From NCBI GenBank assembly GCA_964525155.1, contig CAZGDK010000001.1:5283-69282 (forward strand): a stretch of 64,000 nt of DNA. Reading direction: 5' to 3'. Below are positions 34,421 through 45,481 of the stretch, in pieces. The DNA comes from an uncultured Smithella sp. GTDB taxonomy: Bacteria; Desulfobacterota; Syntrophia; Syntrophales; Smithellaceae. Each line of letters opens with the position of its first letter. Position 1 is the first letter of the stretch. Below the pieces are notes generated by a model, which saw only the letters and a program-made list of their open reading frames with translations, searched no databases and was not told the DNA's origin. The translations under genes and the position numbers were made by a program.

Positions 34421-35832
34421 TATTTTGCCGCTCCTTTTTTCGAAAGTTCCGCCAAAAGGGCCTCGCCGATCTTATAGACGCTGCCCGCGCCCTGGGTGAT
34501 CACCGTGTCGCCGGGTTTCGCGTTTTTTAACAAAAAGTCCAACGTGTTTTGCGCCTGCGCGATGTATTGGGCATGCGGGTGGCCGCCTTCCTTAATAGCC
34601 GCCCAGAGCGCCGCCGAATTGATGCCGGGAATCGGCGCTTCGGAGGCGGGATAAATATCGTTGAGCACCAGCACGTCGGCATTCCCGAAGGACCGGGTAA
34701 ACTCGTCAAAGAGCGCCTGGGTCCGCGTGAAACGGTGCGGCTGGAAAACCACCAGGAGCCGTCCTTTCCACATTTGACGGGCGGCGGCGAGCGTCGCCTG
34801 AATTTCCGTCGGGTGATGGCCGTAGTCGTCCACCACCGTAATGCCACAGGCCTTGCCTTTGACTTCGAGCCTGCGCTGGACGCCGGTAAACGCGAGAAGG
34901 CCCTTGCGAATCGTCACCATGTCCAGCCCCAGTTCGCGCCCGACGGCGGCGGCCGCCATGGAGTTGTAAACATTGAAAAGCCCCGGCACGAGTAGTTCCA
35001 CATCGCCCAGATTCTGTCCCTGATAGGACAACTGATAAACCGTTTTGTTTTCCAGAAACCGGAGGTTGGCCGCCTTGTAGTCCGCGGGATGTTCGATGCC
35101 GTAGGTAATCACCCGCCGCTTGATGTCCGGCGCGATGTCGCGCACATGGTCGTTGTCGTTGCACATCACGGTGCAGCCGTAGAAAGGAACAATGTTGGCG
35201 AATTTCAAAAACGCGTCTTTGATTTCCGCAATGCCCGGATAAAAATCGAGATGCTCGCGGTCGATGTTGGTGATCACGGCAATCGTGGGAGAGAGCTTCA
35301 AAAACGACCCGTCGCTTTCGTCCGCTTCCGCCACAATGATGTCGCCGTCGCCCAGGCGGGCGTTGGACCCGATGCTGGCAAGCTTCCCGCCGATGACCAT
35401 CGTCGGATCGAGGCCGCCCTGCGCTAAAATGGTGGACACCATCGACGTCGTGGTCGTCTTGCCGTGGCTTCCGGACACCGCCACGGAAAATTTCATCTTC
35501 AAAAGTTCCGCCAGCATTTCCGCCCGCGGAATCACCGGAATGTTTCGGCGATGCGCTTCCACCACTTCCGGATTGTCTTTCTTCACCGCCGTGGAGGTCA
35601 CGACCACGTCGGCATTGCCGATATTGTCCGGCGCGTGCCCCTGCGCGATCCGCGCGCCCAGGCGTGTCAAACGTTCGGTGGTATCGGACACCTGCGCGTC
35701 CGAGCCGCTGATACTATAGCCGAGATTCAAGAGCACTTCGGCAATGCCGCTCATCCCGATGCCGCCGATGCCGACAAAGTGAATGCCTTTGATTTTGCGC
35801 TGCATGAATCCGATTTCACGATCTTTTCCCAT
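34420..35832 (-). CDS. murC: UDP-N-acetylmuramate--L-alanine ligase
   Basis: It contains IHFVGIGGIGMSGIAEVL, VSGSHGKTTTTSM and DDYGHHPTEI. Confidence 0.9.
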   Translation of the reverse strand: MGKDREIGFMQRKIKGIHFVGIGGIGMSGIAEVLLNLGYSISGSDAQVSDTTERLTRLGARIAQGHAPDNIGNADVVVTSTAVKKDNPEVVEAHRRNIPVIPRAEMLAELLKMKFSVAVSGSHGKTTTTSMVSTILAQGGLDPTMVIGGKLASIGSNARLGDGDIIVAEADESDGSFLKLSPTIAVITNIDREHLDFYPGIAEIKDAFLKFANIVPFYGCTVMCNDNDHVRDIAPDIKRRVITYGIEHPADYKAANLRFLENKTVYQLSYQGQNLGDVELLVPGLFNVYNSMAAAAVGRELGLDMVTIRKGLLAFTGVQRRLEVKGKACGITVVDDYGHHPTEIQATLAAARQMWKGRLLVVFQPHRFTRTQALFDEFTRSFGNADVLVLNDIYPASEAPIPGINSAALWAAIKEGGHPHAQYIAQAQNTLDFLLKNAKPGDTVITQGAGSVYKIGEALLAELSKKGAAK

Positions 35833-35856
35833 TTTACCTTTTACTCCGTCTGCTGC

Positions 35857-36963
35857 TTAATGCTTTTTGGCCTTCGCCAGTTCAAGGCAGGCATCCACAA
35901 TTTTTGCCGCCGCGTCGAGCCTGCCCAGTTTTTTAGATTGCTGTTCCATCTCCTTCAATTTCCGCTCGTCGGCAAGCAGGGTCTCCACACGTTCAAATAA
36001 TTTTTCCGGCGATAAATCGCGTTCCGCAATCATAATCGCCGCGCCCGCCTCCACCATGGCTTTGGCGTTTTGAGTCTGATGATCATTGGCCGCCCACGGG
36101 AACGGAATCAAAATGGAGGCGCGTCCCGCAGCCGTAATTTCCGCAAGCGACGTCGCGCCGGCGCGGCAGATGATCAAATCGGAGACCGCGTAAGCCGACA
36201 CCATGTCCACAATAAATGGGAGAACCTGGGCCACGATGCCATGCTTCTTATACGCGTCCCGCACCATGTCGCAGTCGTTTTCTCCGGTCTGATGAACGAT
36301 ACGAAACCCTTCCTTGATATTCTGTAGAAGCGGCAGCATGGCCACCACGGTCCGGTTGATCGCAGCCGCGCCTTGCGAACCGCCGAATATCAAAATCCGA
36401 CGTCCTTCTTTTTTTGCGCCCGCGGCGCTTAACCCTTCGGCGAAAGCCGCCCGCACCGGATTTCCCGTTACTCTCAATTTGCGGGGGTCAAATCCTTTTG
36501 CGCTTTCTTCATACGTCAGAAAAACATTGTCCACAAATTTACCCAGGATGCGGTTGGTGTTCCCCGCCAGGGCGTTTTGTTCGGCAATGGCCGTCGGAAT
36601 TCCCATAAGCCATGCGGTGATCACCGCCGGCCCCGAGGCATAACCGCCCACGCCAATGACCACATCCGGCCCGAAGGCCTTCAAAATATTCCGGGACTGC
36701 CGCATGCTGTTGGGAATTGCGTACAGGCCTTTCAAAAACGCCTTTACCCCTCTGCCTTTCAAGCCTTCCACGTCAATCAGTTTCAAGTCGTACCCCAGAC
36801 GCCCCAGGACGCGCTGTTCGATGCCCCGTTTCGTCCCGATGAAGATTACGCGGCTTTTGGCGTCGCGCTTTAAAAATTCCTCCGCGACGGCAATGCCGGG
36901 AAACAAATGCCCGCCGGTTCCTCCTCCCGCAATGACGATGTTCATGTCCAACACCCCCGCCAT
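35857..36963 (-). CDS. murG: Undecaprenyldiphospho-muramoylpentapeptide beta-N-acetylglucosaminyltransferase
   Basis: It contains GGGTGGHLFPGIAVAEE, GGYASGP and RAGATSLAEI..GRASILIPFP. Confidence 0.9.
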   Translation of the reverse strand: MAGVLDMNIVIAGGGTGGHLFPGIAVAEEFLKRDAKSRVIFIGTKRGIEQRVLGRLGYDLKLIDVEGLKGRGVKAFLKGLYAIPNSMRQSRNILKAFGPDVVIGVGGYASGPAVITAWLMGIPTAIAEQNALAGNTNRILGKFVDNVFLTYEESAKGFDPRKLRVTGNPVRAAFAEGLSAAGAKKEGRRILIFGGSQGAAAINRTVVAMLPLLQNIKEGFRIVHQTGENDCDMVRDAYKKHGIVAQVLPFIVDMVSAYAVSDLIICRAGATSLAEITAAGRASILIPFPWAANDHQTQNAKAMVEAGAAIMIAERDLSPEKLFERVETLLADERKLKEMEQQSKKLGRLDAAAKIVDACLELAKAKKH

Positions 36964-38073
36964 TTACGTCCGCTGCGTGGAGATATTGAGCAAGATCCCC
37001 ACGACAACCATACTCACGACAAACGACGTGCCGCCGTAGCTCAAAAACGGCAACGCCAACCCTTTGAGCGGAATCAATCCCATGACGCCCGCGATATTGA
37101 TAAATGCCTGCATGGCGATCAGCATCGTCAGTCCCGAAGCCAGAAGCGTGCCGAACAGATCCGGCGCGCGAAACGCAATCATGAAGCCGCGCAGCAAGAA
37201 GAATATGAACATCACAATCACCAGCGTGACGCCGATAAAACCGCTTTCCTCGGCAATAACGGCCAGAATAAAATCCGTGTGCGGCTCCGGCAGATAAAAC
37301 AGCTTCTGCATGCCGTCGCCGATCCCCTGCCCGGTGAGGCCGCCCGCCCCGAAGGACAGAAGCGATTGAATCAACTGAAATCCGGTGTTATCCGGGTCCT
37401 TCCAGGGATCAAGAAACGCCGTGAGTCTTGCCAGACGGTACCCCTTGTGCAAAATAAGCCACGCGCCGATGGGGATAAATGCCGCCCCCAGAAACAGCAA
37501 ATGCGTGATGCGCGAACCCGCCAGAGACAGCATCAAAAGCAGAATCGAGGCAATGATGACAACCGTTCCGAAATCGGGCTGCAGGATGATGAGCCCCATG
37601 ATCAGCGCCGTCACCGATAAGGGCACAACAACGCCGCGGCTGAATTTCTTGAGATGATGCACTTTGCGCGTCAGCAGATGCGCCAGGAAAAGCACCATCG
37701 CCACCTTGACGAGCTCCGTCACCTGAAACGAAAAGAAGCCCATATTGAGCCACCGGGTCGCGCCGCCTCGCTTGAGACCGACATGCGGGATGAAAAGAAG
37801 CAGCAGCAAAACGATGGAAACGGCAACACCGGGATAGGCGACTTTCTTGAGCTGTTCATAGGGAACCTTGGTCATGACAATCATGCCGATCAGCCCCACC
37901 ACCAGAAAGATCAGATGCTTTTTAATAAAAAACTGCCCGTCCTTGAACTTCTCCAGCGCCAGAATGGAGCTCGATGAATAAATCATCACGGCGCCCGCCG
38001 TCACCAGAAACAGCGTGACCAAAAGCAGAACGACATCGGGCGTATTGGTTTCTTTTTTAAAAGCAGATTCCAT
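36964..38073 (-). CDS. ftsW: SEDS-family lipid II polymerase/flippase FtsW
   Basis: It has ten TM helices and the motifs QPDFGT, GLGxGxQKLxYLPExHTDFI and PLxGxxLPFxSYGGTS. Confidence 0.9.
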   Translation of the reverse strand: MESAFKKETNTPDVVLLLVTLFLVTAGAVMIYSSSSILALEKFKDGQFFIKKHLIFLVVGLIGMIVMTKVPYEQLKKVAYPGVAVSIVLLLLLFIPHVGLKRGGATRWLNMGFFSFQVTELVKVAMVLFLAHLLTRKVHHLKKFSRGVVVPLSVTALIMGLIILQPDFGTVVIIASILLLMLSLAGSRITHLLFLGAAFIPIGAWLILHKGYRLARLTAFLDPWKDPDNTGFQLIQSLLSFGAGGLTGQGIGDGMQKLFYLPEPHTDFILAVIAEESGFIGVTLVIVMFIFFLLRGFMIAFRAPDLFGTLLASGLTMLIAMQAFINIAGVMGLIPLKGLALPFLSYGGTSFVVSMVVVGILLNISTQRT

Positions 38074-39416
38074 TAAAGCGTCCTGACCACGTCCTTGAAA
38101 TAATTTCCACGTTCCTTGTAATTATTAAACTCGTCAAAACTGGCGCATCCCGGCGAAAGCAACACAATGTCGCCCGGCCGCGCACCTTCATAGGCTTTAA
38201 GCGTCGCCGCCTTGAGCGTGGGCGATTTGCTGACCGGAACCTCGCGGCCGATTTGCGGCTCGATGCGGTCGCGCGCTTCGCCGAACAAAATAACCTGCCT
38301 GGTCTTGGCCCCCAAAAGCCCCTTGAGGATTTCAAAATTTCCGTCTTTGTCCCTGCCGCCCAAAAGCAGAATTACCGGTGTGTCAAAGGTTTGCAGCGCC
38401 CGGACCACGGCATCGACATTCGTGCCCTTGGAATCGTCGTAAAATTTCACGGCATTTTTCTCGCCGGCAAATTCAATACGATGAGGCAAACCGCGGAAAC
38501 CGGTCACGGTCCGCATGATGCTGTCCGGCGTGCAGCCGCAGAAACGCGCCGCGACAATGGCCGCCATGACGTTTTCCACGTTATGCAGCCCCGGCAGGGC
38601 AATCATATTTAAAGGGTAACGCTCTTCGCTTCCATCGGATCTCCGGTAAACGATCGACTCGCCGTCGGGGAAAATGCCTGCGGACAGTTTTCGCTTGGAA
38701 CTGAACAAGACCACCCGCGACGCAAGCGATGACGCCAGGCCGTCCTGCATTTCATCGTCGGCATTCAAAATCGCCAGATCGGTATTTTGCTGATTTTCGA
38801 ACACGCGTCCCTTGATGCGCGCGTATTCGGCAAACGATCCGTGATAGTTGACGTGATCGCAGGTGATGTTAAGCAGCATGGCCGCGTGCGCGCGGAATTG
38901 ATCAATCCACTGCAATTGAAAACTGCTGATTTCGGCCACAATGAAATCATCGGTCTGATCCGTGACGGCATATTCAATCAGGGGATTGCCGATATTGCCG
39001 CCGACAAATACTTTCTTCCCCGCATCTTTCAATATCTCGCCTAAAAGCGTCGTGGTGGTGGTTTTGCCGTTGGTCCCCGTCACCACGATAATCGGCACGC
39101 GGATAAACCGGTAGGCAAGCTCTATCTCGCTTAAAATGGGAATGTTCTTTTTCTGAGCGGCGACCAGAATGTCAGAATAAGGAGGAATCCCGGGCGACGG
39201 CACGACCATATCTACGCCGGCCAATACCTCGGGACCATAGGGGCCTGCGGCAAGCCAGGGCTTCCCGGCCAGTTTTTCAAACGCCTCTCCCCACGCGCTT
39301 GCCGGTTTTTCATCAGCCGCCACCACGGACGCGCCGCGGCTTCCCAAAAATTCCGCCACAGCCACGCCCGTTTTGCCCATGCCGATAACCGCTATTTTCT
39401 TTCCTTGAAGGTCCAT
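38073..39416 (-). CDS. murD: UDP-N-acetylmuramoylalanine--D-glutamate ligase
   Basis: It contains VIGMGKTGVAVAEFL, VTGTNGKTTTTTL and the Mur ligase C-terminal domain. Confidence 0.9.
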   Translation of the reverse strand: MDLQGKKIAVIGMGKTGVAVAEFLGSRGASVVAADEKPASAWGEAFEKLAGKPWLAAGPYGPEVLAGVDMVVPSPGIPPYSDILVAAQKKNIPILSEIELAYRFIRVPIIVVTGTNGKTTTTTLLGEILKDAGKKVFVGGNIGNPLIEYAVTDQTDDFIVAEISSFQLQWIDQFRAHAAMLLNITCDHVNYHGSFAEYARIKGRVFENQQNTDLAILNADDEMQDGLASSLASRVVLFSSKRKLSAGIFPDGESIVYRRSDGSEERYPLNMIALPGLHNVENVMAAIVAARFCGCTPDSIMRTVTGFRGLPHRIEFAGEKNAVKFYDDSKGTNVDAVVRALQTFDTPVILLLGGRDKDGNFEILKGLLGAKTRQVILFGEARDRIEPQIGREVPVSKSPTLKAATLKAYEGARPGDIVLLSPGCASFDEFNNYKERGNYFKDVVRTL

Positions 39417-39423
39417 GTGTCCT

Positions 39424-40503
39424 CTACCGCAATTTCAGGGTGATGATGGCCGTAAGCGCCAGCAGAATCGAAATGATCCAGAAGCGGACAATCACCTTGG
39501 GCTCAGCCCACCCTTTGAGTTCAAAATGATGATGAATCGGCGCCATGCGGAAAATCCGCTTGCCGCCCGTCAGTTTGAAATAACCGACTTGAAAAATGAC
39601 GGAAAATGTTTCCATCACAAACACGCCGCCGACAATCGCCAGCAGAATTTCCTGCTTGGTCATGACAGCCACCGCGCCTAAAGCGCCGCCCAGCGACAGC
39701 GATCCGACATCGCCCATGAAGATTTCCGCCGGATAGGCGTTAAACCATAAAAAGCCCAGCGTCGCACCGACGAGCGCCCCGCAAAAAACGGACAACTCTC
39801 CCACCCCCGAAACATAGGGAATCTGAAGATACTGCGCGATTTTGATATTGCCGGCAAAATAGGCAAAAAACACATAGGTGGCAAAGCAGATGATGGCGGG
39901 GCCGGCGGCAAGCCCGTCGAGACCGTCGGTCAGGTTCACGGCGTTGGCCGCGCCGACAATGATGAAAACACTCAGCACAATGTAGCCCCAGCCGATGTTG
40001 GGCAACACCGTCTTGAAAAACGGGATGGTGATCTGCGTATTGAAGCCGGGCTTGAAATACAAAATTAAACCGACAAACAGCGCAATGACAATCTCCGCGG
40101 CAAGCCGGGTCTTGCCGGAAACGCCACGCGAGCTTTTCCCGGCCAGTTTTCGGTAATCATCCATAAAACCGATGAGACCGAATCCCACGGTGACCAGAAG
40201 CGCGAGCCACACATAATACACGGAAAGATTGGCCCAGAGGATCGTGGAAATCACCACGGCAAAAATGATCAAGACCCCGCCCATCGTGGGCGTGCCTTTT
40301 TTCACCTGATGCGTTTGCGGTCCGTCTTCGCGGATCTGCTGATCGATTTGCAGATCCTGCAACTTCCGGATCAGCCAGCGCCCGAAGATCAGGCAGATCA
40401 GAAGCGCCGTGATCGAGGCAAAGATCGTCCGAAACGTGATGTAGCGAAACACGTTGAAGGACGAAAAAATCGTATGCAGCGGATATAAAAATTCGTAAAT
40501 CAC
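39424..40503 (-). CDS. mraY: Phospho-N-acetylmuramoyl-pentapeptide transferase
   Basis: It contains [22 protein letters not shown] and [20 protein letters not shown]. Confidence 0.95.
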   Translation of the reverse strand: MIYEFLYPLHTIFSSFNVFRYITFRTIFASITALLICLIFGRWLIRKLQDLQIDQQIREDGPQTHQVKKGTPTMGGVLIIFAVVISTILWANLSVYYVWLALLVTVGFGLIGFMDDYRKLAGKSSRGVSGKTRLAAEIVIALFVGLILYFKPGFNTQITIPFFKTVLPNIGWGYIVLSVFIIVGAANAVNLTDGLDGLAAGPAIICFATYVFFAYFAGNIKIAQYLQIPYVSGVGELSVFCGALVGATLGFLWFNAYPAEIFMGDVGSLSLGGALGAVAVMTKQEILLAIVGGVFVMETFSVIFQVGYFKLTGGKRIFRMAPIHHHFELKGWAEPKVIVRFWIISILLALTAIITLKLR

Positions 40504-40518
40504 TTTATTTCTCCAGTT

Positions 40519-41967
40519 CTAAGAAGCCTTCTTATCGGCTCCTCCCCGTCCGTCACCGTAGGCGTCGCAAAGCCGCGACACAAACCGGTCCATTTTCATC
40601 CGGCGGGACCCTTTCACTAAAATCCAGTCTCCTTTATGCAATTGCTTTTTCAAAGAGGCCAGCGCCTCTTCGTCATCTTTCAAAAACATCACTTTTTCCG
40701 GCGCAAGCCCTCCATCTTCAGCGCCCGCGGCGACCATTTCGGCAAAATCGCCCTGAAGATAGGCCGCTTTGACGCCGGTTGCCGCCAGCAGCAGTCCGAT
40801 CTTGCGATGCAATTCCTGCGCAGCCTCGCCCAGTTCCAGCATATCGCCCAGAAACACAAACGCGTTGCGGGCGCCTTTCAGGTCTTTGAGCGTCATCAAC
40901 GCTTCGCGCATCGATGCGGGGTTGGCGTTGTAAGCGTCATTAATAATGTACGCGCCATTTTGCAGTTTGATGATCTCCATTCGGCCGCCCACCGGCTGAA
41001 ACGCCGCAAGCCCCGATGCGATGGATTCATCGTCCATTCCCGCGGCGATCGCCACGCCCGCCGCCGCCATCGCATTATAAATATTATGGATGCCGGCAAC
41101 TTTCATCTCCACTTTCTGCTGCCGGCCGCCTGCAAGCAGGTTGAAACTTACCCCCCGTGCTCCGTTTTTCCGGATGTCTCGAACACTTACATCAGCGGTG
41201 TCGGTCATGCTGAAGGTCACACGGCGGCCGGACCACTTTTGCGCCAGCGTGCGCACCGCCTCATCATCCAGATTCACCACCACCGTCTTCCCCGGGTCCA
41301 TATTCATAAACAAATCGCCCTTTTCCTGGCGCACCACCTCGACTGATCCGAATCCGGCCAGATGGGCCGGTCCCACATTGGTGATGAGCCCGATATCCGG
41401 CGAGGCAATTTGTGTCAACCTTTTAATTTCGCCGCGCGTGTTGGCGCCCATTTCCAGGACGGCAATCTCATGCGCAGAGGTCATCCGAAAAATAGTTTGC
41501 GGCAAACCTATTAAATTGTTGAGGTTTCCCGAAGTGTGGAGAACTTTTTTCTTCGTTCCCAGAATCGCCGTGATCATTTCCTTGGTCGTGGTCTTTCCGG
41601 AAGAACCGGTCAACCCGACAACCGGGATGGAAAAGCGCAAACGGTAGGCGTGCGCCAGATCCCCCAGGGCCTTGAGCGTATCGGCTACCTTGATCACGCA
41701 AATGCCCGCATCTATTTTCTTCAAATCCACGTTGTCTTCATTTTGAACGATAATCCCCGTGGCGCCGCCGGCCACCGCCGCATCAACGAACTTATGGCCG
41801 TCAAAAAATTCTCCGACCAGCGCGATGAAAAGATTCCCGCTTTTCATCTGCCGCGAATCGGTGGACACGCCGTCAAACGGCTGCAACACCCGTCCGGAAA
41901 GCAGCGTCCCGCGGGTGGCGTCCAGCGCCTCTTCCAGACCAAATATGGGCGAATCGGTATTCGTCAT
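40519..41967 (-). CDS. murF: UDP-N-acetylmuramoyl-tripeptide--D-alanyl-D-alanine ligase
   Basis: It contains GLTGSSGKTTTKEM, DAYNANP and the Mur ligase domain order. Confidence 0.9.
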   Translation of the reverse strand: MTNTDSPIFGLEEALDATRGTLLSGRVLQPFDGVSTDSRQMKSGNLFIALVGEFFDGHKFVDAAVAGGATGIIVQNEDNVDLKKIDAGICVIKVADTLKALGDLAHAYRLRFSIPVVGLTGSSGKTTTKEMITAILGTKKKVLHTSGNLNNLIGLPQTIFRMTSAHEIAVLEMGANTRGEIKRLTQIASPDIGLITNVGPAHLAGFGSVEVVRQEKGDLFMNMDPGKTVVVNLDDEAVRTLAQKWSGRRVTFSMTDTADVSVRDIRKNGARGVSFNLLAGGRQQKVEMKVAGIHNIYNAMAAAGVAIAAGMDDESIASGLAAFQPVGGRMEIIKLQNGAYIINDAYNANPASMREALMTLKDLKGARNAFVFLGDMLELGEAAQELHRKIGLLLAATGVKAAYLQGDFAEMVAAGAEDGGLAPEKVMFLKDDEEALASLKKQLHKGDWILVKGSRRMKMDRFVSRLCDAYGDGRGGADKKAS

Positions 41968-41970
41968 TGT

Positions 41971-43485
41971 CTAACTCCTCAACGTCAACGCCTCCGCGGC
42001 GATCAACCGGTCGTCAAACGGCACTTTGGTTGTTCCCAAAATCTGATAATCCTCATGCCCTTTCCCGGCAATGAGAACGATGTCTCCGGATTCGGCCAGA
42101 CGGATGGCGGATTCAATCGCGCTTTTGCGGTCAGCGATAATCGCATAGCTTGGACTTTGGCCATCGCGCGACAGAGCATCGGGCGACACCTTCCTGATCC
42201 GGCTCTGATCAATGCCCGCTTCGATTTCGGCGATGATCGCCAGCGGCTCTTCCTGACGCGGATTATCGGACGTCACGATCGTGAGGTCGCTGTACGTCGT
42301 TGCCGTTTTGCCCATCACCGGCCTTTTGAGGCGGTCGCGGTTGCCGCCGCATCCGAACACCGTGATGATCTTTTTATTTTTTAACGCGGCAAGCGTCTGC
42401 AAGACCTGATGAAGTGCATCGGGCTTATGCGCGTAATCGACAAAGACATGAATGCCTTCGTTTGACGCCACGCGCTCCAGACGCCCCGGCACGCAAGCCA
42501 GATTTCGAATTCCCGCTTCAATGACGGAAGGTTCAATATTCAGGATCGTTGCCGTACCGGTCGCGGCCAGTATATTGGAGAGATTAAACCCGCCCACCAG
42601 ACCGGACGATACGGCAAGCGGCTTTCCTGCCGCCGATATTTCCGCACGGATGCCGTCGAGCGTGATTTGTTTTTGCCGGATCATCACATTGCCTTGCAAG
42701 CCGTACGTCAGAGCCGGAATATTAATTTCAGCCATCAGCTTTTGTCCCCAGGGATCATCGACATTGATGACCGCTTTGCAGGAATGGCTTTTTTTGCCGG
42801 ACGGCAGAAGCTCCGAAAACAGTCTTTTCTTCGCGCGGAAGTAATCGTCCATGTCCTGGTGATAATCCAGATGCTCGGGGCTGAGATTCGTGAAAATTCC
42901 CAGATCAAAATCGCAGTCGTCCACCCGCTTCAAATCCAGCGCGTGCGATGAGACTTCGGCAAGAACATGCGTCACACCTGCGTCCGCCATCTCGCGCAGG
43001 ATCTTCTGCATTTCAAACGATTCCGGCGTGGTGTTGGGCGCGGGCAGCACCTTGCCCTGGTAGCGGTAATTAACGGTCCCCAAAACGCCGCAGCAAAAAC
43101 CCGCGGCCGCAAGGATGGATTCCAGAAGATACGTCACGGTGGTTTTCCCGCTGGTTCCCGTAATGCCGACCAGCGTGAGCTTGGACGACGGATCGCCAAA
43201 AAAATTTTTCGCAAGCACGCCCAGCGCCCGGCGGCTGTCGGCCACCTGAATGGCGATCACGTCTTTCGGAACGGAAATATCTTTCTGATGAACGATAAAA
43301 CGGGCGCCGCGTGAAACGGCCTCATCGATGAAGTTGTGACCGTCGTGGGCGAGCCCCGCAATCGCCACAAAGAGCGACCCCGGCCGGCATTGATGGGCCG
43401 CATAGCATACCGACGCTACATTCCCCGCAGGGAATGCCTTCCGTCCGATTCCATCGATGCTTTTAAGGAGTTCGCCCAGTTCCAT
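41971..43485 (-). CDS. murE: UDP-N-acetylmuramoyl-L-alanyl-D-glutamate--2,6-diaminopimelate ligase
   Basis: It contains GITGTSGKTTVTYL, VDYAHKPDAL and the C-terminal DNPR motif (TSDNPRQEEP), which is typical of meso-DAP-adding MurE. Confidence 0.9.
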   Translation of the reverse strand: MELGELLKSIDGIGRKAFPAGNVASVCYAAHQCRPGSLFVAIAGLAHDGHNFIDEAVSRGARFIVHQKDISVPKDVIAIQVADSRRALGVLAKNFFGDPSSKLTLVGITGTSGKTTVTYLLESILAAAGFCCGVLGTVNYRYQGKVLPAPNTTPESFEMQKILREMADAGVTHVLAEVSSHALDLKRVDDCDFDLGIFTNLSPEHLDYHQDMDDYFRAKKRLFSELLPSGKKSHSCKAVINVDDPWGQKLMAEINIPALTYGLQGNVMIRQKQITLDGIRAEISAAGKPLAVSSGLVGGFNLSNILAATGTATILNIEPSVIEAGIRNLACVPGRLERVASNEGIHVFVDYAHKPDALHQVLQTLAALKNKKIITVFGCGGNRDRLKRPVMGKTATTYSDLTIVTSDNPRQEEPLAIIAEIEAGIDQSRIRKVSPDALSRDGQSPSYAIIADRKSAIESAIRLAESGDIVLIAGKGHEDYQILGTTKVPFDDRLIAAEALTLRS

Positions 43486-43492
43486 TTAGCCT

Positions 43493-45481
43493 CTAATTCT
43501 TCATCTCAAAAACGATTTTGCACACCGACTCGTCACCGAGCTTCGCCCCCGCCTGGGGAGATTGACGCACGGCCCAGCCGCTGCCGGAAATTCGCAAATC
43601 AATCGATCGGGATTTGGCGATTTTCATGGCTTCGCGAATCGTAAGCCCCGTAAAATCCGGCATGCGGGATTCATCATCGATGTCCTCGGACAGGTCGTCT
43701 TCCACCAGGGATTGCTCCGTGGAAACCAGCTGGACCTTGTTGGCTTTCTGCGGGTCGAACACGGGCGTTTCACGAATATTGGTTTTCAGGCAGTTCAAAA
43801 TCTGGTCGCCAATATTTTTAAAGACGGGCGCGGCGGCCACGCCGCCCCACTTGTCGCGCTGCGGCTCATCGAGGATCACCAGAATCACGACCTGCGGATT
43901 ATCCGCCGGGAAAAAACCGATAAAGGACGTCCGCACCCGCTCCGACGAATAGATGCCGCGCGCAAAATCAAATTTCTGCGCCGTGCCGGTTTTTCCCGCA
44001 ACCGCCACATTGACGATGTTCGCGTTCTTTCCGGTGCCGTCCTTCGCGCCGACGACTTCCGTGAGCATGGCGGTCAGACGTTTGGCCGTTTGCGGCGACA
44101 CGACGCGGCGCACGGCTTCCGGCGCATACATTTTGATCGGGGCGTTGTTTTTGTCGGTCAGCCCGCGGACAATGAAGGGCTTCATCAAAACGCCGTCATT
44201 GGCGATGGCCGACATGGCCGTAATCAGTTGAATGGCGGAAACTGAAATCCCCTGCCCGAAGGCAATGGCCGCCGTATCGACTTTCGTCCAGTTTTGCGCA
44301 GGCCGCAAGAGCCCCGACGCTTCACCGATCACATCAATGCCTGTCTTGGACCCGAACCCGAAATTTTTGATATAGGCGTAGTACTTTTCCTTCCCCAGTT
44401 TATCCGCAATTTTCGCCGAGCCGATGTTGCTGGAGTATTTCAATATCTCCCGCACGGTCAGAACCCCGTGGCGCTTGCGGTTGGCCTCGCGAATGACCCG
44501 GTTGGCCACGGTGTAATATCCGTTTTCGCAATAAAAATGATCCGATTCCTTGACGACTTTTTCTTCCATGGCGGCGGCCACCAGAAACGGTTTAAACGTG
44601 GAGCCGGGATCGAAAACGTCGGAAACCGCCCGATTGCGCCACACCTCCGACGTGAGGCCCTTGATGTTGTTGGGGTTAAACCCCTTTTCGTTGGCCAGCG
44701 CCAGAATTTCCCCCGTTTTGGGGTCCATGACCACGGCCACTCCGCCTTTGGCGCCCTTATCCAGCACGGCTTCCTTCAAATGCGTTTCCACCAGATATTG
44801 CATGCGGCTGTCGATCGTCAGCACCAGATTGGTGCTTTCATCCCTGGGGGACGTATTGCGCTCCACATGCAAAAAAAGTTTTTTCCCCTTGGCGTCTCTG
44901 GCCCATGTCAGTTTTTCCGGCTTGCCTCTGAGATAGTCATCATATTTTTTTTCCAGCCCTTCGAGGCCTTCGGCTTCAAAACCGGTGAAACCGATCAGGT
45001 GGGCGGCCAACTGGCCGTTGGGATAAAACCGTTTCGGCTCCTTGATGAGAAACACGCCTTCGATGCCGGCCGCTTCCACCCGCGCCGCCTGTTGCGGAGA
45101 AACCTTCCGGGCCAGCCAGCAAAAACTTCTCCGTTCGGATATTTTTTTGTATACGGCCGACGCATCCAGATTCAAAACGGATGCGATCTGACGCGACGTC
45201 CTGAACGGATCGGCAATCCGGGTCGGATCGGCAAACACGGAATCCGCCTGCACGGACATGGCCAGTTTCTCGCCGTTGCGGTCATAGATCATCCCGCGTT
45301 CGGAGTGGATCGGCAGCGTCGTCATGTGCTGCCTTTGAGCCAGAGTTTTAAGTTTTTCGCCGGAGAGAATCTGTAACTGAAAGGCGCGTGAGAGAAGCGC
45401 GATAAACAAAATCAAAAAAACCGCCAGAATACTGGCCAGCCGGAATTTCAGCCATTTTTTTGAATCTGCCGCCATAGTCAC
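43493..45481 (-). CDS. ftsI: Division-specific class B penicillin-binding protein (FtsI/PBP3) with C-terminal PASTA domain
   Basis: An N-terminal TM helix is followed by the transpeptidase motifs STFKP, SSN and KTGTA. The C-terminal part MPDFTGLTIREAMKIAKSRSIDLRISGSGWAVRQSPQAG is PASTA-like. Confidence 0.9.
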   Translation of the reverse strand: MTMAADSKKWLKFRLASILAVFLILFIALLSRAFQLQILSGEKLKTLAQRQHMTTLPIHSERGMIYDRNGEKLAMSVQADSVFADPTRIADPFRTSRQIASVLNLDASAVYKKISERRSFCWLARKVSPQQAARVEAAGIEGVFLIKEPKRFYPNGQLAAHLIGFTGFEAEGLEGLEKKYDDYLRGKPEKLTWARDAKGKKLFLHVERNTSPRDESTNLVLTIDSRMQYLVETHLKEAVLDKGAKGGVAVVMDPKTGEILALANEKGFNPNNIKGLTSEVWRNRAVSDVFDPGSTFKPFLVAAAMEEKVVKESDHFYCENGYYTVANRVIREANRKRHGVLTVREILKYSSNIGSAKIADKLGKEKYYAYIKNFGFGSKTGIDVIGEASGLLRPAQNWTKVDTAAIAFGQGISVSAIQLITAMSAIANDGVLMKPFIVRGLTDKNNAPIKMYAPEAVRRVVSPQTAKRLTAMLTEVVGAKDGTGKNANIVNVAVAGKTGTAQKFDFARGIYSSERVRTSFIGFFPADNPQVVILVILDEPQRDKWGGVAAAPVFKNIGDQILNCLKTNIRETPVFDPQKANKVQLVSTEQSLVEDDLSEDIDDESRMPDFTGLTIREAMKIAKSRSIDLRISGSGWAVRQSPQAGAKLGDESVCKIVFEMKN

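Noticed and set aside
43562-45376. Plus-strand ORFs of 227 and 360 aa opposite ftsI
   Set aside because: These are shadow ORFs with Arg/Gly/His-rich composition. ftsI on the minus strand has the STFKP/SSN/KTGTA motifs.
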